Shown here one piece after another: positions 8,123 through 18,572 of a stretch of 64,000 nt of DNA. The position numbers and the translations under genes are program-made. The DNA comes from an uncultured virus (IMG/VR IMGVR_UViG_3300044730_000954). Its lineage: Duplodnaviria > Heunggongvirae > Uroviricota > Caudoviricetes. Location of the stretch: the IMG/VR virus record IMGVR_UViG_3300044730_000954. The stretch is one strand, 5' to 3'. Position 1 is the first letter of the stretch; each line of letters begins with the position of its first letter. Under the pieces are notes generated by a model, which ran no database searches, was not told the DNA's origin, and saw only the letters and a list, made by a program, of their open reading frames with translations.

Positions 8123-11100
8123 TTGTTACATCCTCCATTATCACTGTTCCATCTTTGGTTTTACCAAATTTAAATTTATATACATTGCCAGACTCTACGC
8201 TCATATATGCTTTTGGAAATGCTGTTGGAAATACTGTTACTGCATGTAATTCACGACCAGCATCCGCAAGTGTAAGAGAAGCCATCTTCTTGCCAGCCTT
8301 AGTTACTCTTGGCTTGAACGAAACAACAAACATCTCATCATCTTTATATGGCAACATCTTATAATTTAAAAACTTTACAAGAGCATCTTTAGATTCTTTT
8401 ATTTCATCCACAGGGACTGCAGAAACAATCCTATTATCATTTGCAAGAATAATATAAGTACGACCACCCTCAATAGTGGTGTTTTCATCATCAAATATAC
8501 CGACAGACCCAGTTTTGTCCAAAACTTCAATTCTTGACCATCCTTTTGATCTTTTAATTGATTTTACCATACCCATCAAAATGAATGCGCCTTTTTCTTC
8601 ATATTCTTCAATATCATTAATATATGCATAATAATGTTGTGGAACTGTTATATTAAACTCAGGAAGGTTAAGATACTCATATAAGTTTTCCTTAACCTTC
8701 TCTGCATTGGCTGGGTTGTCTGGAAATGTAAGTGCGCCAATAGAATTCATTGCCTGTAATGCTCTAGAGTTTACTCCATTACCTTTTGTAAATGTGAACT
8801 CTTCAACTTCTGCAAAAGACTTAAAAGGTCGTGCCGATAAATATCGTTCTGCAATTTTATCAGAGATAAACTTAATTGCTGATAATCCGAAACGTATACC
8901 TTTACCCTCAATTTTAAAATCAATATCCGAATCATTAATATGAGGTAGTTTAATGCTAATCCCCATTCTTTTCGCTTCAATAAGATATTCAGTTCGTGCA
9001 TCTTTATCCTTTTCATTTTTAAGAAGTGCAAACATAAACTCAATTGGATAGTGATACTTTAACCACGCCGTCCAATACGAGAGCGTAGAATAAGCAACCG
9101 CATGACTCTTGTTGAACGAATATCCCGCATGTGCTTCAAAGTCACGCCACAAATCAAGAGCATCGTTAGGAGCAATATACTTAGAAGCACCTTTAATAAA
9201 TTTATCTTTGAAAACATCAAACTCTCTTGCATCCTTCTTTTTACCAATAATCTTACGGACTTTATCAGCTTCTGCCATTGTCATGCCACCAAGCTGAACA
9301 CAAGCCTGCATTACCTGTTCCTGATATAGGATACACCCATATGTTTCTTCAGTGAATGGCTTTAATATTTGATGCATATAATCAATATTTTGACGACCAT
9401 GTTTACGAGCAATATAGTCTTTACCAATAGTATTCATAGCTCCTGGACGAACAAGAGCATTAGAGGCAGCAAGTTCAGCAAGACTCTTTACCCCCATCTT
9501 TACCAATAGATTTGTATACGGTGTAGCTTCGCACTGAAAAACACCTTTTGTATATCCATCAGAAAGCATTTGATAAACATTTTTATCATTCATATCAATT
9601 TTTAGCAAATCTATTTTTTTGTCATATCTTTCTTCAATAATATCAAGTGTATCTTTAAGAACACTAAGAGTTTTTAAACCAAGAGCATCAATCTTAATTA
9701 AACCAATGCGTTCTGCTTCTTCCATGTCTACTGCCACAACTGGTATGCGCTCATCTGCTCCAGTTACATTACGAGTTTCCATAGGGGCATATTTAAAGAT
9801 TGGCTCCTTGCTAGTTACAACACCTGCAGCATGAATACCAGTTCCACGAATACGACCACGAAGCTGTTCTCCATACATGACTACCTCTGGATATTTATCA
9901 CGGAACCAAGAAGAATTTTTAGATGTACAAAAGTCATCCCACGTATCTACAGTTTTTAATACTTTATTTACATCTGGCAACGGTATGTTCAAAGCACGAG
10001 AAACATCTCGCACAACACCTTTATCTTTAAACTCTAGAAATGTAGCAATAGATGCAACATGCCTATATTGTCTAACTAGATAATCTTTTACTTCATCACG
10101 ACGTGAGTCTTGAATATCTGAATCAATATCAGGGAAGTCATTACGCTCAGGATTAATGAAACGGAAGAACAAAAGACCATGTTCAATTGGATCAATATCT
10201 GTAATACCAATAGAATAACAAAGAAGAGAGCCAGCAGAAGATCCACGACCTGGACCAACCATAATTCCTTCTTTCTTTGCCCAGTTAAGCATATTGCGAA
10301 CAACCAAAAAATATGGAGCAAAATTCTTTTGATTAATAATTTCTAGTTCTTCATCAAGACGATCTAGATATTCTTTGTTTGTATCAAGACCACGCTCTTT
10401 TAACCCCTCAAGAGCAAGCTTATATAACTCTTCTCCTGGCTGTCTATATTGTACTGGTAACAAGTTGAGTCCAGACTGAATATCATATTCTTCAACCTTG
10501 TCACAAATCTCAATTGTAGATGTAAACATTTCTTCATTATCAATACCATGCTTTAGCATTGCATCTTTCATTTCTTGATAGGACAAAAGATGAATATCAA
10601 ATGATTGAAATGACATTTGGCGGTCTGCGCCATAAAGATAGTTAAGCCTCTCCATCATATCTTTGTGCTTCTTAGACTTATCGTATGTAACATCTTTCTG
10701 TAATTTTGCGTGGGTATTCAGGATAAGCATAAGTTCCTGAATCTCCTTTTGGCTAGTATCAGAATGATGACAATCAGGAGTAACTACTAGTTTTACCCCC
10801 ATAGATTTTGCTAACTCTACTAATCCTTTATTTACCTTTTCAGAGTTATGAGGCATTACCTCAATATAATAATCATCTCCAAAGGTTTCTTTAAACCATT
10901 TAATATGTTTTTTTGCAACTGCTAGTTCATCTAGTTCTACCGCTTTTGCTACCCAGCCACTTAGGCAAGCAGAGGTTACAATAATTCCTTCTTTGTATTT
11001 TTCTAATGTTTCAAAATCAAATCTTGGCTTACTAAAAAATCCTTCGGTCCAAGCAATTTCATTAATCTTATTTAGATTTTCTAAACCCTGTTGGTTCTTA

Positions 11101-11390
11101 GCGAGAAGAACAATATGGTGATAATTCTGATCAAGAGGGTCAGTGCGGTCTGCCTTGGCCCTCTTGTCAGACATGTTGGTTGTCATGTAGCCTTCAATAC
11201 CCAATATGGGTTTTATGCCTGCTTCTTTTGCAAGACGGTACATCTCACGGTGTCCAGACAATGTTCCGTGATCTGTTATAGCAATTCCTGGCATACCCAG
11301 TTCAACTGCTCTGTTTACATATTCTTGCGGAGTAGCCACACCATCCATTAGAGAATAATGGGTGTGGACATGAAGCCCAACGTAGTTCAT
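8115..11390 (-). CDS. dnaE: DNA polymerase III alpha subunit (family C)
   Basis: PHP domain HVHTHYSLMDG/AITDHG, GPGRGSSAGS, PDIDSD, HAAGVV, YSFNKSHA; no intein seen. Confidence 0.97.
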   Translation of the reverse strand: MNYVGLHVHTHYSLMDGVATPQEYVNRAVELGMPGIAITDHGTLSGHREMYRLAKEAGIKPILGIEGYMTTNMSDKRAKADRTDPLDQNYHHIVLLAKNQQGLENLNKINEIAWTEGFFSKPRFDFETLEKYKEGIIVTSACLSGWVAKAVELDELAVAKKHIKWFKETFGDDYYIEVMPHNSEKVNKGLVELAKSMGVKLVVTPDCHHSDTSQKEIQELMLILNTHAKLQKDVTYDKSKKHKDMMERLNYLYGADRQMSFQSFDIHLLSYQEMKDAMLKHGIDNEEMFTSTIEICDKVEEYDIQSGLNLLPVQYRQPGEELYKLALEGLKERGLDTNKEYLDRLDEELEIINQKNFAPYFLVVRNMLNWAKKEGIMVGPGRGSSAGSLLCYSIGITDIDPIEHGLLFFRFINPERNDFPDIDSDIQDSRRDEVKDYLVRQYRHVASIATFLEFKDKGVVRDVSRALNIPLPDVNKVLKTVDTWDDFCTSKNSSWFRDKYPEVVMYGEQLRGRIRGTGIHAAGVVTSKEPIFKYAPMETRNVTGADERIPVVAVDMEEAERIGLIKIDALGLKTLSVLKDTLDIIEERYDKKIDLLKIDMNDKNVYQMLSDGYTKGVFQCEATPYTNLLVKMGVKSLAELAASNALVRPGAMNTIGKDYIARKHGRQNIDYMHQILKPFTEETYGCILYQEQVMQACVQLGGMTMAEADKVRKIIGKKKDAREFDVFKDKFIKGASKYIAPNDALDLWRDFEAHAGYSFNKSHAVAYSTLSYWTAWLKYHYPIEFMFALLKNEKDKDARTEYLIEAKRMGISIKLPHINDSDIDFKIEGKGIRFGLSAIKFISDKIAERYLSARPFKSFAEVEEFTFTKGNGVNSRALQAMNSIGALTFPDNPANAEKVKENLYEYLNLPEFNITVPQHYYAYINDIEEYEEKGAFILMGMVKSIKRSKGWSRIEVLDKTGSVGIFDDENTTIEGGRTYIILANDNRIVSAVPVDEIKESKDALVKFLNYKMLPYKDDEMFVVSFKPRVTKAGKKMASLTLADAGRELHAVTVFPTAFPKAYMSVESGNVYKFKFGKTKDGTVIMEDVTNV

Positions 11391-11393
11391 TAA

Positions 11394-12047
11394 TTACCAA
11401 TCAATGTTTGTAGCAGTTGTTGATGGAGTATCAAATCCAAAGTAAAATGCCTCTTGCTCTGGATATGGAACTTCACGAACTACCTTTTCAAGATTGAAGT
11501 ATTCATGACCTTCCCATTTAAATGGTTCAGTGTCAGGTGTTGATGGAATAAGTGTGTAATTAGTCTCAGTACCCTGGCCATTACGCTTTAGCTTCCACAT
11601 TAAGTTTGAGATACTGCCTGTTTCAAGTGCATACTCACGAATTGTATTAAATGCAGATTGCTTGCTGATACCCTGCGACCATACTGCAATATATGGATCT
11701 TCTGTTCCATCATCTACAAGTACGTTTGTGTAGAAACGAAGACGTGCTCTCCAGCCACTCTTTGGCTCTTTACGTGCCATTTCGCAACCAAAGCAACGAC
11801 CCTCAGATTCCTGAGTACATGCAGCCTTGCGCTTATAGTCTTTTGGATTTGTGTGCTCTGATACTACAACAGCAAGACCACGATCTTCGTTATAGTTTGC
11901 AGAGTCTGAGTCAAGTTCGTTTACAAAACGAATCTTTGCTGCCTGTCCGTCAATTAGTTTTACCCAACGGACCTTTGTTCCTGTGCTTTCATATTTTGGC
12001 TTTTCAACTAATGCGTTGATGTTTTTAAGCCCTTTTACTATAGTCAT
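11394..12047 (-). CDS. Single-stranded DNA-binding protein (gp32-like)
   Basis: IRF..H..C..CFGC metal motif, KRNGQGTETNY, acidic/aromatic tail; next to polymerase. Confidence 0.7.
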   Translation of the reverse strand: MTIVKGLKNINALVEKPKYESTGTKVRWVKLIDGQAAKIRFVNELDSDSANYNEDRGLAVVVSEHTNPKDYKRKAACTQESEGRCFGCEMARKEPKSGWRARLRFYTNVLVDDGTEDPYIAVWSQGISKQSAFNTIREYALETGSISNLMWKLKRNGQGTETNYTLIPSTPDTEPFKWEGHEYFNLEKVVREVPYPEQEAFYFGFDTPSTTATNIDW

Positions 12048-12069
12048 GTTTCTCCTTATATAAGTTTTT

Positions 12070-12993
12070 CTATTTTAACATAGCAATGATAGAGTTGTCA
12101 AATGAATATTCAAGTTTTCTAATAGCATCATCATCCATATCGCCTATATCTTTATATTGTTTATCTAGTTTGATTACTGTTATTAGTGACCCTAGTTTCT
12201 CAGTTAGGCGGTCAGCCATAATTGAGCCTGCTTCATCATTGTCTGCTACAAGTACAACATTATTGAAGTACTTTTCTAATAGCTTCATCTGGCTTGATGA
12301 AACATTAGCCCCCAGCGTAGCAACTGCGGGAAAACCAACTTGATCTAATCTAATTGCATCAAAGGATGATTCTACAATATAAACAAACTTTGATGACTTT
12401 ACTCTGTGTAAATTAAATAATATTTTGCTCTTTGGAAGTCCTGGAGTATTTTTAAAATCCTTACCCTCAATAGTTCTAGCAACAAATCCAAGAGTCATTC
12501 CATCTGGAGATTGCATGGGAATAATAACAGAATCTTGTTTCTCAGAAAATCCTAAATCAAATTTAATAACTGATTGTTCTGTAATTCTACGACCATTAAA
12601 ATATGACATAGCCCTAGGTGATTCTAATGCCTGTTTATTTAGTCTTTTGATTAGTAGTTCATCATATTGAACAAAGTCTGGTGCAGCATATAATGCTTTG
12701 TTAACTACCGCCTCAAGATCAGTTTCTACTTCTTTGCTTTTTATATATCTAACAGCCTCAAAATATGATCTTCCAGTCATATGCATAATAAACTCTGTTA
12801 AATTCTTTGTAGTCTGACAGCCAAAGCAGAAGAATAGTCCAGACTCTTTAGATATCTCGCCAGCAGGAGTACGATTATTGTTATGATATGGGCAGAATAT
12901 AATATAGTCAGTGCCGTATTCAGCCTCTATATCTATACCTGCGCCAGTTAGTACTCTGTGTATCTGTTGTGTTGTATATATATCTTTAAGCAT
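12070..12993 (-). CDS. dnaG: DNA primase (CHC2 zinc finger + Toprim)
   Basis: CPYH..CFGC, VESSFDA, ADNDEAG, KDIGD; start moved to the ATG overlapping the helicase stop. Confidence 0.9.
   Translation of the reverse strand: MLKDIYTTQQIHRVLTGAGIDIEAEYGTDYIIFCPYHNNNRTPAGEISKESGLFFCFGCQTTKNLTEFIMHMTGRSYFEAVRYIKSKEVETDLEAVVNKALYAAPDFVQYDELLIKRLNKQALESPRAMSYFNGRRITEQSVIKFDLGFSEKQDSVIIPMQSPDGMTLGFVARTIEGKDFKNTPGLPKSKILFNLHRVKSSKFVYIVESSFDAIRLDQVGFPAVATLGANVSSSQMKLLEKYFNNVVLVADNDEAGSIMADRLTEKLGSLITVIKLDKQYKDIGDMDDDAIRKLEYSFDNSIIAMLK
12072..12080 (-). promoter_or_regulatory. Extended -10 promoter TGTTAAAAT for SSB-dnaE
   Basis: Variant motif in the last primase codons, upstream of AAGGAG. Confidence 0.5.
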
Positions 12994-14212
12994 TCTTATC
13001 TTCGTAATCTTTATATCTGTAATATCCCTTGTCAAAATCTACTTGTATTAAAAAGTCTCCCATAAATCCGTTACGATTTTTTCTAAACGCACATTCAATT
13101 ATATCACTGTTAGTTGCCCTACCAAGTGCAAGTACCCAGTCGGCATCGTAAGCAATTTGTCTTGACCAAGCAGTTTGACCTAAAGTTGGAACTGTACTCA
13201 TATTTGTAACATCATCTGGCGTTGCAGAAGAAATTGCAATAATAGGAACTTCCTCACTAATAGACATAAGCTTTAATTCACGAGAAAGATTCTTCATGCG
13301 TACCGTTTCGTTATCAGACTTTTGGTTTGGTGCCATTAGTTGTAGATAGTCTACAATTACAAAGTCTGGGCGGTATTGATCAATCTTTCCACGAATAACT
13401 GATGGATTAATTTCTCCACCACTATCATTAGAAATAATATGAAAAGGTGGCTTATCTGCAATTCTACTTTCATGCCATTTCTTTAACATATCAATTTCAA
13501 TATCACCATTAGAAATCTTACGATGTGACCACAGACCCTCACCCATAATCGCATATACACGATTACGAACTTCTGTTTCCGACATCTCAAGACTTATGAT
13601 CATTGGAGTCTTGCCCTGTTTCCATGCCTGTACAGCAAAGTAAAGAGCAAGCCAAGATTTGCCAATGCCTGGATATGCCAGGAAGATCCCCAGTTGACCT
13701 GGCATAATTCCTGAAGGTAGGTAATTGTCAAATCCTGGCAAGCCTGTCTTAATTCCTATTTTGCCAAGTTCTTGTTGTTTTTTTACATTTTCAAAATATA
13801 CAATTGCAGATTCAATATCTGTTGCATCAATATCACGAATAGCAGAAGTATTCTTTTTTAACTCTGAAGTCTTTGTAATTAGTTGTTCTAATGCTTTTAC
13901 TCCCTGTCCACCCTGAACATCAGTTGCAGCATTGCGAATAATATCTTTTAAACTATCATTCAAATAATCTGCTTGTAATTCTTCCAAATGATGCTTTGTT
14001 GTACCTACCCCGCTAACTGGAGCAAAGTCTCTAAACTTTTCAACTACTAAAGATGATGGAGGTACTGTACCATTACTTTCTGCATACCTCTTAATAAAAT
14101 TCCATACATCATTATGTGTTCTAAGAAGTCCGTCTATATTGGCTTGAAGTAAAACATGTATTTGTTTATCTTCTAATACTGCACTAATTACTTTTGCTTC
14201 TGAATTACTCAC
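12986..14212 (-). CDS. dnaB: Replicative DnaB-like helicase
   Basis: TGLPGFD, AYPGIGKS, SLEM, IVDYLQLM, DAD, KNRNG. Confidence 0.93.
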   Translation of the reverse strand: MSNSEAKVISAVLEDKQIHVLLQANIDGLLRTHNDVWNFIKRYAESNGTVPPSSLVVEKFRDFAPVSGVGTTKHHLEELQADYLNDSLKDIIRNAATDVQGGQGVKALEQLITKTSELKKNTSAIRDIDATDIESAIVYFENVKKQQELGKIGIKTGLPGFDNYLPSGIMPGQLGIFLAYPGIGKSWLALYFAVQAWKQGKTPMIISLEMSETEVRNRVYAIMGEGLWSHRKISNGDIEIDMLKKWHESRIADKPPFHIISNDSGGEINPSVIRGKIDQYRPDFVIVDYLQLMAPNQKSDNETVRMKNLSRELKLMSISEEVPIIAISSATPDDVTNMSTVPTLGQTAWSRQIAYDADWVLALGRATNSDIIECAFRKNRNGFMGDFLIQVDFDKGYYRYKDYEDKNA

Positions 14213-14513
14213 TTAACCACTTCCTAGCTAATTTTCTACGCTCTTCACGATCTTTTAAATCTTGTTCTGTATTTATTCTACCATTAAGAATTTCTTGTGC
14301 ATTATATGCAAAAAAATTCCAGTTAGGATTTTGTGCAACTGTAAAGTAATAATCTAAAATATCATAGCAATCCTTAAGTCCATATGACTCAACAAGGGCA
14401 TCAGCAGCCCATTGTTCAACATTTAGATTGAGATTAGACTTTTGCTCATATCTCTGCAAGTGTAATTTGTTGTAGCGACTGAGCAAAGCCATGCGGTCTT
14501 TGCGGTCTGCCAT
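14205..14513 (-). CDS. Hypothetical protein in replication operon
   Basis: Coupled ORF upstream of the helicase. Confidence 0.7.
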   Translation of the reverse strand: MADRKDRMALLSRYNKLHLQRYEQKSNLNLNVEQWAADALVESYGLKDCYDILDYYFTVAQNPNWNFFAYNAQEILNGRINTEQDLKDREERRKLARKWLSE

Positions 14514-14514
14514 A

Positions 14515-14742
14515 TTATTCTTCGGCTAAAGCTGACTTAGCTTCTTGAACCTTTTCTACAACCTTTGTCTCAACAAAACCATATACACGGTCCATTGCTT
14601 CATTGGTATTTTCACCTTCACGAACATGGTCAACAACACCAAGATCAACTCGTAAAGATTGGAAATTGCCCAGATTAAGTGTGTATCCAAGTGTTACAGA
14701 TACCTTTGTTTCGTTTCTTTCGTCCACCACTGCCTCCTTCAA
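14515..14742 (-). CDS. Conserved small phage protein (start probably GTG near 14730)
   Basis: TLNLGNFQSLRVD motif; AAGGAGG SD inside the called 5' end. Confidence 0.7.
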   Translation of the reverse strand: MKEAVVDERNETKVSVTLGYTLNLGNFQSLRVDLGVVDHVREGENTNEAMDRVYGFVETKVVEKVQEAKSALAEE

Positions 14743-14745
14743 AGG

Positions 14746-15291
14746 CTAATTAATGCTCTCTGTCCAAACTGGTATAAATCTACCGTCTGCTGTCTTTGTA
14801 TAAACCAGTATACCATCACCAGTTCTGCGTGTCAACTCCTGACTTGTAGGAGTCATATTGTTTGTTATTAAGTTATCTTTTCTTGGTCTACCAAAATGTA
14901 TACTTGCTAGTATATCACGGATCTCTTTTACTTGCGATTCAGAATAATATGCTCTAACTTGCCAGTGTCTAGTTCCATTAACTTGTGCACCCATTGGTGG
15001 TGGAATAACTCCTCGTTTAATTAATGATGGAATATACTTTCTATGTCTATTGACAAGTCGTGCAGTTTCTGATACAGTATATGCCTTTTCTCTATTTTTT
15101 CTAAAATCCGTTCTTAAACAAGTTTCTAATCTATCTTTAGTAATATTGTAAACAGTTACCATCCCAGTTGATCTTGAACTATGATAAAGCCTAACAAGAT
15201 CACCGTTAAGAAAGTAAATTGTTTTATTACCTGGAATTACAGGCTCGTTATTGTAGTTTTTGCTCTCAAGCTTTCTAGGTTTAAAAGCCAT
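14746..15291 (-). CDS. MerR/Xis-like winged HTH DNA-binding protein
   Basis: YTVSETARLVNRH..LIKRGVIPPP...RAYYSESQV. Confidence 0.65.
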   Translation of the reverse strand: MAFKPRKLESKNYNNEPVIPGNKTIYFLNGDLVRLYHSSRSTGMVTVYNITKDRLETCLRTDFRKNREKAYTVSETARLVNRHRKYIPSLIKRGVIPPPMGAQVNGTRHWQVRAYYSESQVKEIRDILASIHFGRPRKDNLITNNMTPTSQELTRRTGDGILVYTKTADGRFIPVWTESIN

Positions 15292-15425
15292 AAGCCCTCC
15301 CTGCTTTCTGAAGGGGGATGATAAAATTTTCTAGCCCCACAAGAAATACAATAAGTCTCAATATGCATTTGACTAGAATATTGTCTATCAATAAACATTC
15401 TACCATTACATTTTCTACAATGCAT
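15237..15425 (-). CDS. Zinc-ribbon protein
   Basis: MHCRKCNGRM...YCISCG. Confidence 0.7.
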   Translation of the reverse strand: MHCRKCNGRMFIDRQYSSQMHIETYCISCGARKFYHPPSESREGLWLLNLESLRAKTTITSL

Positions 15426-15435
15426 TATTATATAC

Positions 15436-15879
15436 CTAGTTAGGAATTCCAACAATAATTAAATTTATAGCAAGTGAAAGATCTCCAGACGAATTGAATC
15501 TAACAACACCCTCAACTCTAGAAGTTGTTACAGTTTTTAAAATAACTGATACATTTTGACCTGCTGGAGTATTTCCAGTATTTACTGCAGTAGCGGTTGC
15601 AATTGGAGCATATTTAAAATCTGATGGAAAATCATACGAAAATGTTTTTTCATTGCCAGCGTTAACTGTAGAGTTATTTGCTACTACAACATATCCACCA
15701 ATTATTCTTGCTTGAGATGTTTTAATATTTTGTTTTCCAGCACTTACTGTATCTATAGTAGTATAGTTAAAAGTGGCAGATGAAACTTGATTTGATAGAT
15801 CATTTATTGTATCTGCTAACTGATAAATATAAGTTACATCAAGAGGTTGCCCTCGTTCTGGTAGTGGTACTTTTGCCAT
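15436..15879 (-). CDS. Tail-tip/fibre-associated protein with small beta-sandwich C-terminus
   Basis: FSYDFPSDFKYAPIATAT...IIVG pattern; last gene of the tail module. Confidence 0.5.
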   Translation of the reverse strand: MAKVPLPERGQPLDVTYIYQLADTINDLSNQVSSATFNYTTIDTVSAGKQNIKTSQARIIGGYVVVANNSTVNAGNEKTFSYDFPSDFKYAPIATATAVNTGNTPAGQNVSVILKTVTTSRVEGVVRFNSSGDLSLAINLIIVGIPN

Positions 15880-15888
15880 TATATCTCC

Positions 15889-15897
15889 ATTATATCA
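15889..15897 (-). promoter_or_regulatory. Extended -10 promoter TGATATAAT
   Basis: Abuts the upstream stop; 9 nt before ATG 15879. Confidence 0.65.
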
Positions 15898-16428
15898 TTA
15901 GACTGTTTCATTTAAAAGCCTATAAACTTTTAAAAATGGTGTTCCAGCTGGACCATCTGATCTTACTATTGGTGTTCCTTTTAAATATATCTCAACACTC
16001 ATTTTATTTGGATTTGTACCCTGAACTACACCGTCTATTGTCCAAGTATTGGGTATTGGCATAGATAAAGAAGTTGTATCTATTCTTTCTTTGTACAGCC
16101 AGTCTCCGTTTCCACCACCACGATCCCATCTTACCCAAATATCATACTCATGAGATTTTGTAATTGAATATGTAGTTCCATCATAAATTTTTGTAATTTC
16201 AATAGAGTCCCATACTATTGTAGCAATACTACCAGCCTTATTAAAAACAATACTTCCAGGAACTAAAGTATAATCTGGTTGTATTAAATAAACAGGAGAC
16301 CAATGTGATAGTCTGTTTCTATCGGATGACACTATCCTATATCTTACGTAATAACCTTCATTTTCAGAATTTATTGCTGGCAATTCAGAGTATGGTATTT
16401 TTAATTTTTTTATTGTTTCATTTGCCAT
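15898..16428 (-). CDS. Minor tail protein
   Basis: Beta-rich FN3-like pattern YYVRYRIVS..SHWSP; in tail module. Confidence 0.55.
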   Translation of the reverse strand: MANETIKKLKIPYSELPAINSENEGYYVRYRIVSSDRNRLSHWSPVYLIQPDYTLVPGSIVFNKAGSIATIVWDSIEITKIYDGTTYSITKSHEYDIWVRWDRGGGNGDWLYKERIDTTSLSMPIPNTWTIDGVVQGTNPNKMSVEIYLKGTPIVRSDGPAGTPFLKVYRLLNETV

Positions 16429-17576
16429 TATGTCACACCTACTGAAAATCTAAACTCTAAATAATTACTTGTATTTGGAGATTTTATAATTGTCTCAGCA
16501 TCTGTGTTTTTTACTATAGAATATCCAGTTAATCCATATAGTGGATTTATTGTCTGTGTATTTTCTAATCTTAAAGCATCAAGCGCAATATAGTAGTCAT
16601 CTGAAGGATTATCTGATACTAGTACACATGCATATATTTTTACAACAGTTACAGCGTTCCATGTAAAACCAGAACTTTGATATAACTCTTCTAGTCTTTT
16701 TGTTATTACAAAATATCTGTTATTTTCAAAATCATATGTTCCACCTGTACCGCTTCCATTTTCTAATTCAGCTTCAAAACTAGCAAATTCTCCAGAATTT
16801 TCTGTGTCTGTTTCTGAAAATGTTACTAATATTCTAACTGTATCTGGAACGGCAGATGAGTTTCCATTTTTACTTATTAAAGAAAATGCCAACCTTAATT
16901 CGTCTTTAATTGAATTTCTTGTAAAATTAACATCAGCTCCAGTTAAGTGGATATGATTAGATCCAGTTTCAACAACAAAATGCCCTGCTGAATTTCCTGT
17001 TGATGAATCTATTGTTAAATCAGAGTCGTCACCTCTAATCATAATAATATTATTTAAAAATCTGCAACGCTCATATCTTTCTGGCCTAGGAGATTTAAAA
17101 AATATTGAGTTATCTGCATTTGTTTGAAAAACTTTATCTGTTGTAGAAATTATATTGTCATCATCCTCATCAAGAGGTGATGTAATTGTTGGAATAGGAA
17201 GTGCCGCACTTGAGGTATGATATTGCCAGTTTTCTCCTTGCGTAAATGCAAAAACTGTTTTACTATCAAATGCTCCAGCAGATGGGTTTGATCCTGCAGA
17301 ATACACTCCTATTTCTGTAATTTCGTATCTTTCTTCTGTTGGTAACTCTGCTGTAAGTACTAATTTTTCTGAACTACCGTCATTAATAAAACCTCTAGAA
17401 GATATAGGAACACGAATCATTTCAAAATCTAAATTTTCTTTTGTAGAATAATCTCCATATGGATCCCCAGTTGCCAATGGTTGGGCACCACACCCAATTG
17501 CAATATATGATGCATAGGCAGGTGCCTGCCCCAATAGATATTTTCCTATTATTTCTTTTCCTTTATCTGTTATCAT
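16428..17576 (-). CDS. Minor tail/baseplate protein
   Basis: MITDKG..YIAIGCG..ITEIGVYS pattern typical of baseplate attachment domains. Confidence 0.6.
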   Translation of the reverse strand: MITDKGKEIIGKYLLGQAPAYASYIAIGCGAQPLATGDPYGDYSTKENLDFEMIRVPISSRGFINDGSSEKLVLTAELPTEERYEITEIGVYSAGSNPSAGAFDSKTVFAFTQGENWQYHTSSAALPIPTITSPLDEDDDNIISTTDKVFQTNADNSIFFKSPRPERYERCRFLNNIIMIRGDDSDLTIDSSTGNSAGHFVVETGSNHIHLTGADVNFTRNSIKDELRLAFSLISKNGNSSAVPDTVRILVTFSETDTENSGEFASFEAELENGSGTGGTYDFENNRYFVITKRLEELYQSSGFTWNAVTVVKIYACVLVSDNPSDDYYIALDALRLENTQTINPLYGLTGYSIVKNTDAETIIKSPNTSNYLEFRFSVGVT

Positions 17577-18571
17577 AATTGCACCTCATATATTGTACCA
17601 CCTGTAACTATTTGAACCTCTATTTGTTCATCTTCTTGAATATTTATGGCTTCTACTATTAAACTACCAGTTTGTGGGTCAATATATACATGTTCTAAAT
17701 CTGGACCAGTTCCTACTTCTGGAACTTTTGAATCAAAATTTATTGGAAAATTTTGAAAATATTTATTTGATATACCTTCTATGCTAACAATATTATTTGA
17801 ATTATATTCCTGTTCAATATTAAATAAATTTTTAATTGGTTGGTATATAATGTTTTGTCCATTTATAATATCACTTCTGGATATACTTACTAATTCTTGT
17901 CCCGCCAAATTTTCAAATATTAAATCTGCCATTATTTCAACAGGAAGTAAATCATCATTTATTAACACTGTATCAATTGGTGCAGTTTTTACTGGCGGAG
18001 GAGGTGGCAATTGGGTAGTAGGGCTTATGTTTGATGGTATAGCAGAAACTGTTGATGGTGTTGATGGAGTTGGATTTGGGCTTGGATTAGGTTTAGGGTC
18101 AGGTTTAGGGCCAGGTCCAGGGCCAGGTCCAGGGCCAGGTCCAGGGCCAGGTCCAGGCGCAGGTTCTGAAGTTTTACCTATATTGGCTATTCTTTCTTTT
18201 ATTGCTTTAACTCTTTCTCTTGATTCTTCTAGCCTTGCTCTTATTTCATTAATTCTTGCATATCTATCAGAACTTTCTTCAGCCCTTTGTTGTCTTTTAG
18301 CTATCTCTTCTTCAGATGGCTCAGAATTTTTTATGGCATTGCTTACAGCAGTTGTTAGTCTATCTTTTAATCCTTGCTCTGACCAATCTATATCACCTCT
18401 TGCAACTGCAGCATCACGAGCCATTCTACCCTTATGAGCATCATCTGGATCTATTCTTCCAGCAACTTGATCTTTTTTTACTTCCTCTGCTATTTTTTCT
18501 GGTAAAGCTCCTACTGAATCTTCAAAAACACCGTCACCATCAATAAGCATTCCTCCATCAAAAAATGGCAT
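17573..18571 (-). CDS. Minor tail protein with coiled coil and Pro-Gly/Pro-X linker
   Basis: (PG)8 PKPDPKPNPSPNPTP...PPPPP; coupled within the tail operon. Confidence 0.65.
   Translation of the reverse strand: MPFFDGGMLIDGDGVFEDSVGALPEKIAEEVKKDQVAGRIDPDDAHKGRMARDAAVARGDIDWSEQGLKDRLTTAVSNAIKNSEPSEEEIAKRQQRAEESSDRYARINEIRARLEESRERVKAIKERIANIGKTSEPAPGPGPGPGPGPGPGPGPKPDPKPNPSPNPTPSTPSTVSAIPSNISPTTQLPPPPPVKTAPIDTVLINDDLLPVEIMADLIFENLAGQELVSISRSDIINGQNIIYQPIKNLFNIEQEYNSNNIVSIEGISNKYFQNFPINFDSKVPEVGTGPDLEHVYIDPQTGSLIVEAINIQEDEQIEVQIVTGGTIYEVQL
18108..18155. repeat. 12-nt tandem repeat GGGCCAGGTCCA x4 encoding (PG)n
   Basis: Four perfect copies read directly. Confidence 0.95.
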
Positions 18572-18572
18572 T

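Noticed and set aside
8115..11390. Intein or intron in dnaE (also checked in nrdJ, dnaB, terL, recA)
   Set aside because: Normal lengths, continuous motifs, no intein termini or homing endonuclease motifs seen
17781..18437. 218-aa + strand Gly-Pro ORF
   Set aside because: Antisense mirror of the Pro-Gly tract
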